Virus record (IMG/VR): IMGVR_UViG_3300005326_000091
Location: 1-36,972 of that record
DNA length: 36,972 bases
DNA from: a virus
Lineage: Duplodnaviria > Caudoviricetes
Strand: one strand, 5' to 3'
A program made the position numbers and the translations under genes. Below the pieces are notes generated by a model that worked only from the letters and a program-made list of their open reading frames with translations, searched no databases and had not been told where the DNA came from. Shown piece by piece: positions 9,110 to 18,891 of the stretch (positions are counted from its first letter, which is position 1; each line of letters begins with the position of its first letter).

Positions 9110-9274
9110 ATGTCAAAATTAACTATAAATATCGATGAAGAAGATGTAGATTTAATAAGAAAAGTTATTCCTGGAAGCGTTATTGATGAAAAAATAGACC
9201 AGAATTCTATTTTCAAGGAAACATTAATAAAAATCGATAATTTAGACAAAAGAATTGGTAATATAGAAGGTTAA
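9110..9274 (+). CDS. Small 54-aa protein, possible fibre assembly chaperone (not in ORF track)
   Basis: GGAGGT RBS; MSKLTINIDEEDVDLIRKVIPGSVIDEKIDQNSIFKETLIKIDNLDKRIGNIEG. Confidence 0.7.
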   Translation: MSKLTINIDEEDVDLIRKVIPGSVIDEKIDQNSIFKETLIKIDNLDKRIGNIEG

Positions 9275-9290
9275 TTAAAAAAGGGCAAAT

Positions 9291-10007
9291 ATGGGAAGTA
9301 CATTATTAGTTCTAAGAAATCTTCTTGAAGCTCAATTAGATATAGATACCACCACAACGACAAGCGATCCTACGTCAACGCTATTAAATAATTATATCAA
9401 TAAAGCGATTAGAAAAATTATACGTAGAGATAGACCTCAAGAATACAAGATTGTTACACCTATTGGTATAAATACTGTATCTGGCCAAAATACAGTAGCC
9501 GTACCTTCAACTATTGCTATCCCTGAAATGGTTTATTATTTAAATACATCAGGAAAATATCAGCAATTAAAAGCCTTATCTTACGACATATTAATTCAAC
9601 AGGCCTCTTCAGAAAATTTATTTGATTCATCTTATACAGGAACGCCTAATTATTATGCTTGGCAAGGCGGTTATTTAATTTTTGATCGTTATTTCTCTTC
9701 TTCGCAAACAAATGGGGTAAAAGTCCTAGGGGTAAAACCATTAACTACTTTATCTTTAGATGCAAGCACATCTGATTTGCCGGAAGATTATGACATGTTA
9801 ATAACCTATGAAGCGGCGTCATTATATTATCAAAAAGACGCTGATTTTAATTCTATTAGTGTTTATAATCAATTAATCGAAAATGAGAGAAAAGAATTAA
9901 AAATAGCCTTAGATGATGGTAAATCTTCTCAAATGTACTTAGACCCAAACATTTTTTGCAATCAAAAAATAGCCAATATAAATAATCCTGGGGTATTCTT
10001 TCAATGA
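9291..10007 (+). CDS. Putative head-tail adaptor / tail tubular protein A-like
   Basis: LNNYINKAIRKI, TGTPNYY, LPEDYDMLITYEAA pattern typical of podovirus adaptors; position before nozzle. Confidence 0.65.
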   Translation: MGSTLLVLRNLLEAQLDIDTTTTTSDPTSTLLNNYINKAIRKIIRRDRPQEYKIVTPIGINTVSGQNTVAVPSTIAIPEMVYYLNTSGKYQQLKALSYDILIQQASSENLFDSSYTGTPNYYAWQGGYLIFDRYFSSSQTNGVKVLGVKPLTTLSLDASTSDLPEDYDMLITYEAASLYYQKDADFNSISVYNQLIENERKELKIALDDGKSSQMYLDPNIFCNQKIANINNPGVFFQ

Positions 10008-11593
10008 AAGATTTTCCATCTATCACATTAGATAATTTTGTTGGTATGGATACAACGGACAACAAATTGTCGTTACAGTCCAATCAATTATCTAAATGCT
10101 TAAATATGCTTTATAGTGCAACTGGCGGAATTTATAAGCGCACGGGAGGGGCTAAATTATCCGATCCGCCAAGTGCAGGTGTTATTTATGGGGTTGGTAA
10201 CTATAAAAATAATAATGCTAGTGAATATCTAGTATGCGCACAAGGAACTGATTTATATTATTATTCTTCGGGCTGGAATGCTTTATCTTTAACTTTAACC
10301 ACTAGCCAGACTACTAGATTTGAAAGTGCCGGTTATTCCACTAATAGAGCCTTATACGCGGTAAATGGTAGTGATTCTATTGTTAAAATTTATATGAGCG
10401 GAATAAATGTTGTCGCTACTCAAATTACAATAGCTAACGGGTTCACTTACGATTCACCGACCACCGGAACATGTATAAAACTTCATAAAAACAGATTATT
10501 TGTAGCAAATAAAGATACATTATATTTTTCTGATTCATTGGCATTTGATACCTGGCCAAGTGCAAATAATATTCAAATTGCCCCTGGTATAGATGGTTAT
10601 ATTCAAAATATGGAAGTTTGGGGCGACGCATTATTTATATTTAAAGAATACGGGGTTTATGTTCTTCCAAATGCGGCAGATGCAAACCCTACAACCGCTT
10701 GGAAGATTTTAAAAGCTGACGCTTTAACCGGAACAAAAAGCCCTGATACAGTTAAGAGAACTAAAATAGGTATAGTTTATTTATCATCGGATAATAAAAT
10801 CCGTTATATTTCACCTAATATAAGCTTTTCTAGTGCTGAATATACTTTAGGCGGATCAGGTTCACCGGTAATATCATACTCAATAGAGCGTGATCTCATG
10901 GAAATTGATGATGTTAATAAGACTAAAGCAGTAGCCATTGAGTTTAATAATCTTTATATTTTAAGTTATCAAACGGTAAATAATGGCGGATCGTATAATG
11001 ATAAGACTTTTTTTTGTGATATGGACAAATTTTATCAAAAGTTTGGAGTAACACAACTTCAGCCTTATTGTGGAGAGTTTTCTAATTTTGATTATAATTT
11101 TTTTGTTAAACAAACAATATCCGATAAAACTACTTTATATGGGGTAAAAGGTGCAGATGGTGTTACTCAAGAAACTTTAGACGGATCAACTTATGCGGAT
11201 AACGGAATAGCGATAAACGGATACGGGATACTAGGTTGGTCAAACCTGGGCGATGAAAGTTATTATAAAAAAATGCGCCAGGTTTTTTGTACTGGTAAAA
11301 CAGAAAATAATATTGTTACTTTAAAATTTGATGGATATAAATTAAGCGCAGATATACCGGACGATGGATCTGGAACACAAAAGAATTTTCAATCAAGTAC
11401 CGTTTCCACCGCCATAGTAGGAACTGGCATTGTTGGTACTTCGGTTATAGGTACTATAGGAATAACCGCTAATAAATACAGGCTAGGATTAAAAGGCCAT
11501 TATTTTAAGATAGAATTTAGTAATAATGTATTAGATCAATATTTTTCAATAGATAAATTTATTATCTATTTTATGTCAATAAAGAGGAGCTGA
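10004..11593 (+). CDS. Putative tail nozzle / stabilisation protein (P22 gp10 / T7 gp12-like beta-propeller)
   Basis: CLNMLYSATGGIYKRTG, HKNRLFVA..TLYFSD, ALFIFKEYGVY; beta-rich; synteny. Confidence 0.7.
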   Translation: MKDFPSITLDNFVGMDTTDNKLSLQSNQLSKCLNMLYSATGGIYKRTGGAKLSDPPSAGVIYGVGNYKNNNASEYLVCAQGTDLYYYSSGWNALSLTLTTSQTTRFESAGYSTNRALYAVNGSDSIVKIYMSGINVVATQITIANGFTYDSPTTGTCIKLHKNRLFVANKDTLYFSDSLAFDTWPSANNIQIAPGIDGYIQNMEVWGDALFIFKEYGVYVLPNAADANPTTAWKILKADALTGTKSPDTVKRTKIGIVYLSSDNKIRYISPNISFSSAEYTLGGSGSPVISYSIERDLMEIDDVNKTKAVAIEFNNLYILSYQTVNNGGSYNDKTFFCDMDKFYQKFGVTQLQPYCGEFSNFDYNFFVKQTISDKTTLYGVKGADGVTQETLDGSTYADNGIAINGYGILGWSNLGDESYYKKMRQVFCTGKTENNIVTLKFDGYKLSADIPDDGSGTQKNFQSSTVSTAIVGTGIVGTSVIGTIGITANKYRLGLKGHYFKIEFSNNVLDQYFSIDKFIIYFMSIKRS

Positions 11594-11597
11594 AAAA

Positions 11598-12917
11598 ATG
11601 TCAACATCAAACTTAACAAATGCGCTAAATCCTAATAGTCAAACAGCTAATACTATAAGCCAAGCGGCCTCGACTGACAGACCGGAATTTAGTGTTTTAA
11701 ATCCACAACAAAAAACCCTTACTAAGATGGCCTTTGAAAGTGCGGTTGAGCCGTATAGGCAAGGTTTTCAAAAGCGATTAGATACTACGTTGGAAGGGTT
11801 AGCAAGTAGAGGAGTTTTATTTGGTGGAGTTGGGAATACAAATGTATCTGATTTAGTAAAATCCGAACAAGAGCAAGAAACAAATATTGCTAAATCTTTA
11901 GCTTCTCAATTAGGACAAACCGCATTAGATCAAGCTTATTCGACAAATGAAAGATTAGCTCAACAACAATTCTCTAAAGAGCAGGCGGCAACCAGTCAAC
12001 AATACAATTTGCAGACATTAGGACAACAGCAGGAATATCAAAAAGAATTTGCTAATTTAAGTTTGCAAAACCAAATGAAGTTACAGGATTTTACGCAAGG
12101 TTTACAAAATGGAATTAATCCAACTACGGGAAAAGCTTATAACCAAACGGAATTACAGCAACAATTAACCAATATTAATACACAAGCTCAAAAAGATTAT
12201 GCGACATTCACTCAGGCGTTAACTAAAGGGACAAATCCAATTACCGGTCAAGCGTATAATGAAAAAGAATTATCAGATTTAGCTTATCAAAGGTCATTAG
12301 ACCAAGCACAAAAGCAAAATGACTTTAATCTGAAATATCAAAAAGACTTAATGGCCTTACAAAATGGAGTAAATGAACAAGGACAACCATTAACACAAAT
12401 AGAGGCTAATATTAAACAAACTAACGCTTTAAACGCAATTCAGAGGGAAAACGACAAGCAGGCGGTTGATGATGCTATGATTTCGGCATTTGGAGCTGAT
12501 GGTGTGGCAATAAATAAGGCTTTAACCGAAGCAAATTCGGCAGTATTGCAAAAAATAATGAAAGACCCAACCCTAAACGATACGCAAAGAGCGGCATTAA
12601 TGACGCCTTTAATAAATGGTGAAAGTCCGTATACAGAAAAATTTCAAACTTTATTGAGAGATAATGCGCCTTCATTATCTGGAACATTAGCGCAAAAACC
12701 AGAGCCTAAGGGCTTTCTTGAGAAATTTGCCGCCGGATCTGATTTAGTTGATGTTTTAAATAAAGAATATGGTTTTGAAAAGTCTACTGGTAGCTATGGT
12801 ATGTTTTCCGGTAATTATGGCTATATAGCCCCTACCGAAGCAAATATTAAAAATTTTAATGATCTTTGGAATAATAATACAAAATTTAAAGAAACTATTT
12901 TAGCTAATAACAGATAG
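11598..12917 (+). CDS. Putative internal virion (ejection) protein
   Basis: Gln-rich and helical, LASRGVLFGG motif; follows nozzle. Confidence 0.6.
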   Translation: MSTSNLTNALNPNSQTANTISQAASTDRPEFSVLNPQQKTLTKMAFESAVEPYRQGFQKRLDTTLEGLASRGVLFGGVGNTNVSDLVKSEQEQETNIAKSLASQLGQTALDQAYSTNERLAQQQFSKEQAATSQQYNLQTLGQQQEYQKEFANLSLQNQMKLQDFTQGLQNGINPTTGKAYNQTELQQQLTNINTQAQKDYATFTQALTKGTNPITGQAYNEKELSDLAYQRSLDQAQKQNDFNLKYQKDLMALQNGVNEQGQPLTQIEANIKQTNALNAIQRENDKQAVDDAMISAFGADGVAINKALTEANSAVLQKIMKDPTLNDTQRAALMTPLINGESPYTEKFQTLLRDNAPSLSGTLAQKPEPKGFLEKFAAGSDLVDVLNKEYGFEKSTGSYGMFSGNYGYIAPTEANIKNFNDLWNNNTKFKETILANNR

Positions 12918-12926
12918 GAGCATAAC

Positions 12927-14249
12927 ATGAATCCATATTCATTTTTCCAGTCCAGAATGCAAAATTATGAAAGAACTGCTAACGAAGAGCAGGCAAGAGT
13001 TATGCGTATAAAACTAGAAGAAGAAGAACGTAAACGAATACAGCAAGATCAAGAACGAGGTAATTTACTAGGCGTTGGAGGATCAGCAGTTGGCGGAATT
13101 TTAGGTGCATTTGTTGGCATGCCTGGCATTGGTGCGCAAATAGGCGGATCGCTGGCAACTGCAGCAAACCCGCAAGCCGCAAGTGCCGCAAGTTTGACTT
13201 CCGGAATTATAGGCGCAATGGAAACACAAGGAAAACAAAAAGAAGCGGACTTATCTGACAAAAAAGCAAAATTCCTGGAAAGTATGTCTAGCGGTAAATA
13301 TGATATAAGCACACAAGAAAATATTCAAACTTTAGCCGCTCAATCTGGATTAAAGCCAAATGAAATACCAAGTAATATGCCGAAATTAAGCCCAGTAACA
13401 ATAACGGCAAGCGAAGGCCAGTCAATCTTACAAAAAGACCCATATACAAATGAATTAAGCTTAATTCAGCATATACCTAAAAATTTATCTAATCAAAATG
13501 CAAAGGTTGTTAATGGTGTTTTATATCAATTAGACACCGCAACTAATACATGGAATAAAGTATCACCAGAGAAAGAAAATGCGCCTAAAACGCTTACTGT
13601 AGGTAATAAAGTTTATGAATATAATAATTCAAATAAAATGTGGAATGAGGTTTTATCTAAACCAAAAGAAGAGAGGTTTACATCTAAAGATTATACTGAT
13701 GAATTAGGGAATACAAGATCAGGAAGAGTAGACGAAAAAGGTAATTTTATTCAGTCTGCTAATGATCCTATTGTAAAGCCTGCTGAAAGTGGAACTTTAA
13801 CTGATAAACAAAAACAAAATAATGCTAGCTTTAACATGGCGTTAAATTCTTTAGATAATATTGATAGTTATAGCAAGAAGATTTTTGATAGTGGGTTTAG
13901 ACCAATAAATAAAATTGTTAATGTGGTACAAGAAGCTGTAGGAAATACTGATGTCGCAAATTTTGAGCAAGCCGCAACATTAGCATCTAAGGCTATTGCA
14001 AACGCATTTGAAGGTGGAAGATTATCGGATACAGACTTTATTATATATACTAAAGCACTTCCTAGCGCACAAGATACATTAGAGCAGAGATTGGCAAAAA
14101 GTAAACAAATGAGAAAATTATTAGACACTGCGATAAATACTTCAGAAGGAACTTATAAAGCTAAAAAAGTTCAAGTTTATAATGGGGTTGACGGAACTCC
14201 AAAAGAATCGACGACTACTGTTGGAAAATATAAAGTAAAGGTAAAATAA
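12927..14249 (+). CDS. Putative ejection protein with Gly-rich membrane segment
   Basis: GVGGSAVGGILGAFVGMPGIGAQIGG glycine zipper; C-terminal GGRLSDTDF..ALPS motif. Confidence 0.6.
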   Translation: MNPYSFFQSRMQNYERTANEEQARVMRIKLEEEERKRIQQDQERGNLLGVGGSAVGGILGAFVGMPGIGAQIGGSLATAANPQAASAASLTSGIIGAMETQGKQKEADLSDKKAKFLESMSSGKYDISTQENIQTLAAQSGLKPNEIPSNMPKLSPVTITASEGQSILQKDPYTNELSLIQHIPKNLSNQNAKVVNGVLYQLDTATNTWNKVSPEKENAPKTLTVGNKVYEYNNSNKMWNEVLSKPKEERFTSKDYTDELGNTRSGRVDEKGNFIQSANDPIVKPAESGTLTDKQKQNNASFNMALNSLDNIDSYSKKIFDSGFRPINKIVNVVQEAVGNTDVANFEQAATLASKAIANAFEGGRLSDTDFIIYTKALPSAQDTLEQRLAKSKQMRKLLDTAINTSEGTYKAKKVQVYNGVDGTPKESTTTVGKYKVKVK

Positions 14250-14250
14250 T

Positions 14251-15885
14251 ATGCCAAAATTTGAAATAATTGCGCCTAACGGTAAAACCCTTGAGATAGA
14301 AGGCGAAACTATGCCTTCTGAACAAGAATTAGATGATATTTTTAAAAGTACCAATACATTAGAAACTAACACTAAAAATAATCAACAATTAAATAAAGAA
14401 TTATTTCCAGGTTATGAAAAAAGGCAAGCATATGAAGAAACTATTCCAGGAAATATTTTAGATAAAATAAATAAAACCTTGGATTTAATTACACCAGGAC
14501 AAACTTATACTTCATTAGGCGAGCAACAAGCAGAGTTTGAAGCTACAAAAGGAATGGATACAAAACAAAAATTATTAAGAGCAACTAAACAATCACTAGG
14601 CGATACTGCTAGTTTTGCACAATGGGCATTGCCTATCCCTAAACTTGCAAAAGGTAAAGGATTATTACAGGCAACTAAAACAATAGCGGCCGAAGCTGGA
14701 TTAACTGGATTAGGTCAAGGGGCATTGCAATTAGTTAAAAGCCTATCCAGGGATAAAAAATTTGATGAGGCAATAAATGAGGCTGTAAAAACAGCAGTAA
14801 TTAGCGGCGCAATACAGGGCGGTGCTCCACAAATAGCCAAAGCAGTAAAAGAAGTTGGTAAGCAAGCAATAAAAGCGGCTAGTAATGTAAGAGGACATGC
14901 AATAGATATTGCTATTAAAAATCCTGATGTATTTACAACCCCACAGCCGAGATTAATTGACATGGGACAAAAAATAAAAGAAAAGCTCGATGATTTTGCA
15001 GTAGTAGTTGGGGGAAGATATGAAGAAGGTTTTGATAAATTAAATATTCAGCCAGGATTAGCTATTGATGCTGCTAAAAATATAAGAAAAACTATTCAAA
15101 AATATGATATGCCAATAGATTTTATTAAAAGTAATATTAAAATGCAAACCAGAGCGAACGGAATAAATTTGAGTGATAATGCTATTGATCGATTTGTAAA
15201 AGGTGGAAATATAGATTTTGAGGAAGCAAGGAAAATAAATAGAGCTTTAGGATATGTGGAAAGAATGACAAACGAATCAGTCATAGGCGGTGGTGGAAAA
15301 TCCCAAATAGCAACGTTAAAATCACAATTATTAGATGATATGGAAAAAGTTGCGCCATCAATTAAAAAAATAAATAAAGCTTATTCAAAGGCGACAGAAT
15401 TTTATCAAAGATTGAATAAAAAGTTTAAAGACCCCCAAACTTCAGAATCATTATTAAACACTATAGGGGCGCAATTAAGCGGGGTTAAAAGAGCTAAGAC
15501 AGGCGTAATTGATGATCTGAAAATATTGGACAAGCTAACAAAATCTGACTTAACCAAACAAATTCCTAAATCATTAGCGGCGGAAGAGTTTGAACGGCAA
15601 GGAATGACTAATTTAATGGACTATTTACGTTTAATAGGTGGAGGTGGAATTGGGGGTTATTTAGGTGGTAGTTTGGGCAGTCCTATGGGCGCAGGAATTG
15701 GAGCGATTGCTGGATTAGGTGCGGCCATGATAGGAAGTACACCCCAAGCCACAAAACTAGCTATACAAGCAGGGAAAGTAATATCTTCTGGCGTTCAAAG
15801 TCCAGCTGGAAAAACATTATTCCAAGGGGTTGTTAGGGGAACGCCTCAATATTTACTAAATAGAAAAGGAGCAAATAATGGCTGA
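14251..15885 (+). CDS. Putative large ejection/DNA-transfer protein
   Basis: N-term MPKFEIIAPNGKTLEIEGETMPSEQELDDIF; helical; C-terminal Gly-rich hydrophobic segment. Confidence 0.6.
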   Translation: MPKFEIIAPNGKTLEIEGETMPSEQELDDIFKSTNTLETNTKNNQQLNKELFPGYEKRQAYEETIPGNILDKINKTLDLITPGQTYTSLGEQQAEFEATKGMDTKQKLLRATKQSLGDTASFAQWALPIPKLAKGKGLLQATKTIAAEAGLTGLGQGALQLVKSLSRDKKFDEAINEAVKTAVISGAIQGGAPQIAKAVKEVGKQAIKAASNVRGHAIDIAIKNPDVFTTPQPRLIDMGQKIKEKLDDFAVVVGGRYEEGFDKLNIQPGLAIDAAKNIRKTIQKYDMPIDFIKSNIKMQTRANGINLSDNAIDRFVKGGNIDFEEARKINRALGYVERMTNESVIGGGGKSQIATLKSQLLDDMEKVAPSIKKINKAYSKATEFYQRLNKKFKDPQTSESLLNTIGAQLSGVKRAKTGVIDDLKILDKLTKSDLTKQIPKSLAAEEFERQGMTNLMDYLRLIGGGGIGGYLGGSLGSPMGAGIGAIAGLGAAMIGSTPQATKLAIQAGKVISSGVQSPAGKTLFQGVVRGTPQYLLNRKGANNG

Positions 15886-16651
15886 AGATTATATAACGCA
15901 ATATTATACTTGGATAACCGGTGACACTATAACCGCAACCAGATTAAATGGTAATGTATCAAATTTAACCGATGGATTAAGCGGCGGAACTAAAGCAATT
16001 AACATTGGTAAAATATTAGTTGGTGGAACAGAGGTGTTAAATTCATCAAGGGAAGTAACATTAACTAAAGCGACAGTAGATAATATTGTTGTTAATGGCA
16101 ATGATATTTCCAGCACGACTGGTGACGTTACTATTACGCCAGCGACCGGTAATGATGTAGTTTTAGATGGTCACTGGAATTTTGACGGTGCGGCATTGGA
16201 CGCTATTACAGATAACAATACTGTAATTACAGCATATACTGGTAAAAATATTACCATTGAATTAGTAACTATTGATGGCGGGGTTGTTACAATCCCATCT
16301 ACTTTAAATTTAGCGGGCGATACTGCTATTTATATATCCACAGATTTGGCCGCCATGAGAATAGTTAAGAGAGGACAATTAGCGGCAGGAGCGGCGTTAA
16401 CATTAACAGCTCCATCGGCTTTATATGGCGCATTAATTAACTATTTTTCGCATAAAGATGGAGATACAAGTACGTGGACAAACCAAATTTATCATGCAGG
16501 ATTTGGCTCAAATGGAGCGGCTGTTTCTACTATTAATGGTACTGGTGGCTATCCTTTAACTATTACAAATTCAGCAGGTAATTTAGTCTGTACTAATGGA
16601 AATGCGGCCAAAATAAACTATTCGATAGTTATAGACTATTCTATATATTAA
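15878..16651 (+). CDS. Tail fibre / receptor-binding protein
   Basis: N-terminal TWITGDTITATRLN attachment-type motif; C-terminal ~97 aa paralogous to 6921..9095. Confidence 0.7.
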   Translation: MAEDYITQYYTWITGDTITATRLNGNVSNLTDGLSGGTKAINIGKILVGGTEVLNSSREVTLTKATVDNIVVNGNDISSTTGDVTITPATGNDVVLDGHWNFDGAALDAITDNNTVITAYTGKNITIELVTIDGGVVTIPSTLNLAGDTAIYISTDLAAMRIVKRGQLAAGAALTLTAPSALYGALINYFSHKDGDTSTWTNQIYHAGFGSNGAAVSTINGTGGYPLTITNSAGNLVCTNGNAAKINYSIVIDYSIY

Positions 16652-16653
16652 GA

Positions 16654-17199
16654 ATGAAAGCTACTGAAGATTTAAAAGTATCAAAATATTTTTATTTACC
16701 CGAACTAATTCCACCTGATCTATTCAGTAGTCAAGGAATAAATGCTAAAGAGAAGCTTTCCCCAATTCTACTAAAACTAATTGATAAAATCAGGGAAGCA
16801 TGGGGAAAACCTCTGTTTATTAATAATTGGTTACAATCATACACCGGAACTAAAGAAAGCGCCGAAAAATGCCTAATAAACCCCTCTCTATTTAAATATT
16901 GCGGTTATCGTCCGCCTAACTGTACAGAAGGGGCAAAATTAAGCGATCATAGAGGAGCAAAAAACTTACAAGGACAATGTGAGGCCGTAGATTTACATGC
17001 GTTTGAACCGGAAATTAAGTTGTGGGAAATGATTTATAAAAATTATAATAATTTCCCAGAATTAACAAAGTTAGAAGATAAGTTATTAACTATTAAAAAT
17101 AATAGGGGTTGGGTACATGTAAGCGTTGCTCATACCGGTTATAATGGTGTTTATGTAATTGATAACGTAAAGGTAACTGAGAAGTTAAACAGAAAATAA
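16654..17199 (+). CDS. Endolysin, peptidase M15 family
   Basis: YFYLPEL, LIDKIREAWGKPLFINNW, GYR, GAKLSDH...AVD...WVHVS zinc-ligand pattern. Confidence 0.85.
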   Translation: MKATEDLKVSKYFYLPELIPPDLFSSQGINAKEKLSPILLKLIDKIREAWGKPLFINNWLQSYTGTKESAEKCLINPSLFKYCGYRPPNCTEGAKLSDHRGAKNLQGQCEAVDLHAFEPEIKLWEMIYKNYNNFPELTKLEDKLLTIKNNRGWVHVSVAHTGYNGVYVIDNVKVTEKLNRK

Positions 17200-17259
17200 A
17201 TGAATTAATTTTTAAAATAGATTATAATTTAATTAATAAATAAATAAAAGGAGTAAATA

Positions 17260-17628
17260 ATGGATATAAATACAATAACAGGGTTTATTTTTAATAATTG
17301 GGAAATAATTGGAACAGCAATAGCATTTTTAGCAACTTCAGGGCTAGGAGTTCATCAGAATTTTAACGTGGTTAAAGTTAATGCGGTAAAATATGCTGAA
17401 GGTTATGTAAATAGAGGGCTTAATAACGATGAACTAGCTAAGGAAAAAATGAATCAAGCGGTTAATTATTTCTATGATAAATTTTTAACCAGACTTATCC
17501 CCGGATGGATTTTGTTTATATTCTTACCAAAGCAGGCTGTAATTAATTTATTAGAGGCCGAATATCAAGAAATGAAATTAGTCGGAATGGCTAAATTAAA
17601 AGAAAAATTATTAAAACAAATTAAATAA
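17260..17628 (+). CDS. Putative holin (LL-H-like)
   Basis: N-terminal hydrophobic helix, AVKYAE...EKMNQAV motif; follows endolysin; AAGGAG RBS. Confidence 0.6.
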   Translation: MDINTITGFIFNNWEIIGTAIAFLATSGLGVHQNFNVVKVNAVKYAEGYVNRGLNNDELAKEKMNQAVNYFYDKFLTRLIPGWILFIFLPKQAVINLLEAEYQEMKLVGMAKLKEKLLKQIK

Positions 17629-17656
17629 TAGCTGTATAATTATATGTATAAATGTT

Positions 17657-17689
17657 GCCTCTTTGCTTAAACCTTAGAGGCTTTTTTTT
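17657..17689 (+). terminator. Intrinsic terminator
   Basis: GCCTCT...AGAGGC stem followed by T8. Confidence 0.7.
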
Positions 17690-17792
17690 GGCCTTTGTAT
17701 TTTAGCCTATAAAAATATATGATTAGTGTCATATAGAACTAAGCTATATTTAGCCTATTAAAATAGTAATTTTACTTTATTAATCAGCAAAA

Positions 17793-17821
17793 TTGATATT
17801 TTAATTTTAATAATTTATAAT
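17793..17821 (+). promoter_or_regulatory. Sigma70-type promoter
   Basis: TTGATA-17 bp-TATAAT. Confidence 0.7.
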
Positions 17822-17827
17822 GTGAAT

Positions 17828-18145
17828 ATGACTGGACAAAATATAATGACGATAGATGTTGAGGCCTGGAAGCTCTTAATTGACCAGATTAAAGAGTTAA
17901 AGCAAGATATTAAAGACTTAAGAGCCGAGATTAAAGACAGTAATAATAAATGCTCAAGTTGTCAGTCTACGAAGGATATAGTTGTTTTGAAGCAGGAAAT
18001 AGAGGCTTGCAAAATAGTTATTAATCAGAGCAAAGGATTTCTAAATGGCTCGTCCTGGATTCTTGGGGTAGTAATAGGGTTAATTATATTGATTATTAAT
18101 CAGCTTCCTAATTGGTTAAGTAAACTTCATAAGTTATTTATATGA
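17828..18145 (+). CDS. Coiled-coil protein with C-terminal TM helix (XhlA/holin-like accessory)
   Basis: Heptad-rich N-terminus, WILGVVIGLIILII helix; ATG 17828 lies 7 nt after the -10 box. Confidence 0.65.
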   Translation: MTGQNIMTIDVEAWKLLIDQIKELKQDIKDLRAEIKDSNNKCSSCQSTKDIVVLKQEIEACKIVINQSKGFLNGSSWILGVVIGLIILIINQLPNWLSKLHKLFI

Positions 18146-18360
18146 TTTTCTCTCATATCTTTTTCAAATTTAATTAGTTCTTGGTATTGCAAGTCTAAAT
18201 TATGATGTAAAATAATTGGATTTCTAGAATAAGCGGCTTTTAGTTTTTCCATAATATATTCTTTACCGACAAGTGGGTGATAACTAGAATCACTATTTAA
18301 AATCAGCATTAATTTTAAAATTTCGTCCTTATATGATTTAAATATATTTGATTTCATCAT
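18127..18360 (-). CDS. Hypothetical protein
   Basis: GGAGG RBS directly upstream on the minus strand. Confidence 0.65.
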   Translation of the reverse strand: MMKSNIFKSYKDEILKLMLILNSDSSYHPLVGKEYIMEKLKAAYSRNPIILHHNLDLQYQELIKFEKDMRENHINNL

Positions 18361-18456
18361 TGCCTCCAGTATTTTATATTACTTTAAAAATAGAACTTTA
18401 TTACTTAACAAATTGAACCTAAATTACCAAAAATTACTTATCAATACTTAACAACG

Positions 18457-18558
18457 CTACTTATCACTATTTAACGGATAATGTTCACATTCTGTGTAAT
18501 ATCTGCCGTTTTTTTCTAAAATAGCAGTCCCGCATTTTTCGCAATAAAAATTACTCAT
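18457..18558 (-). CDS. Micro Zn-finger protein MSNFYCEKCGTAILEKNGRYYTECEHYPLNSDK (not in ORF track)
   Basis: AAGGGG RBS; CxxC...CxH. Confidence 0.65.
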   Translation of the reverse strand: MSNFYCEKCGTAILEKNGRYYTECEHYPLNSDK

Positions 18559-18751
18559 AATTTCCCCTTTTGTTTATCAAAAAACCATATAAATGATTTA
18601 CAACTAATTTTGACTCTCAAAACTAATGTTCAAATAAAAATATAAATTCCCTTATTATACTTTTATGCCACAAAGTATAATAAATATGTTTATTATTCTA
18701 TTTATTATAGTTTATCGATTAGTTAGCATCAACAAAACGTTAGTTAAAATA

Positions 18752-18891
18752 AATAACCAGTCCGACTTTGAATTTTTCCTTTAAGACTAGGAAACCGGAA
18801 ACATCATTTCAGAGGTTTGGATTTATAACGTTATTTACCAAACGTAGCCTTTATTCATTGTCCATAATTAACTAGTATATGGCTGGTTATT
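18752..18891 (-). ncRNA. Candidate structured non-coding RNA
   Basis: Closing stem AATAACCAG/CTGGTTATT enclosing hairpins CCATA/TATGG, GTTTGG/CCAAAC, TTTCCT/AGGAAA. Confidence 0.35.

Noticed and set aside
6216-16116. Numerous antisense ORFs within structural genes (e.g. 6216..6593, 7805..8077, 13049..13312, 14715..14963)
   Set aside because: Shadow ORFs caused by codon bias of the sense genes; no RBS or motifs.
8805-16651. Diversity-generating retroelement (TR/VR pair) suggested by the duplicated fibre C-termini
   Set aside because: Both copies are coding, the differences are largely synonymous and not adenine-specific, and no reverse transcriptase is present.
17701-17758. Direct repeat TTTAGCCTAT x2
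   Set aside because: Short, AT-rich and not seen elsewhere; could be chance.
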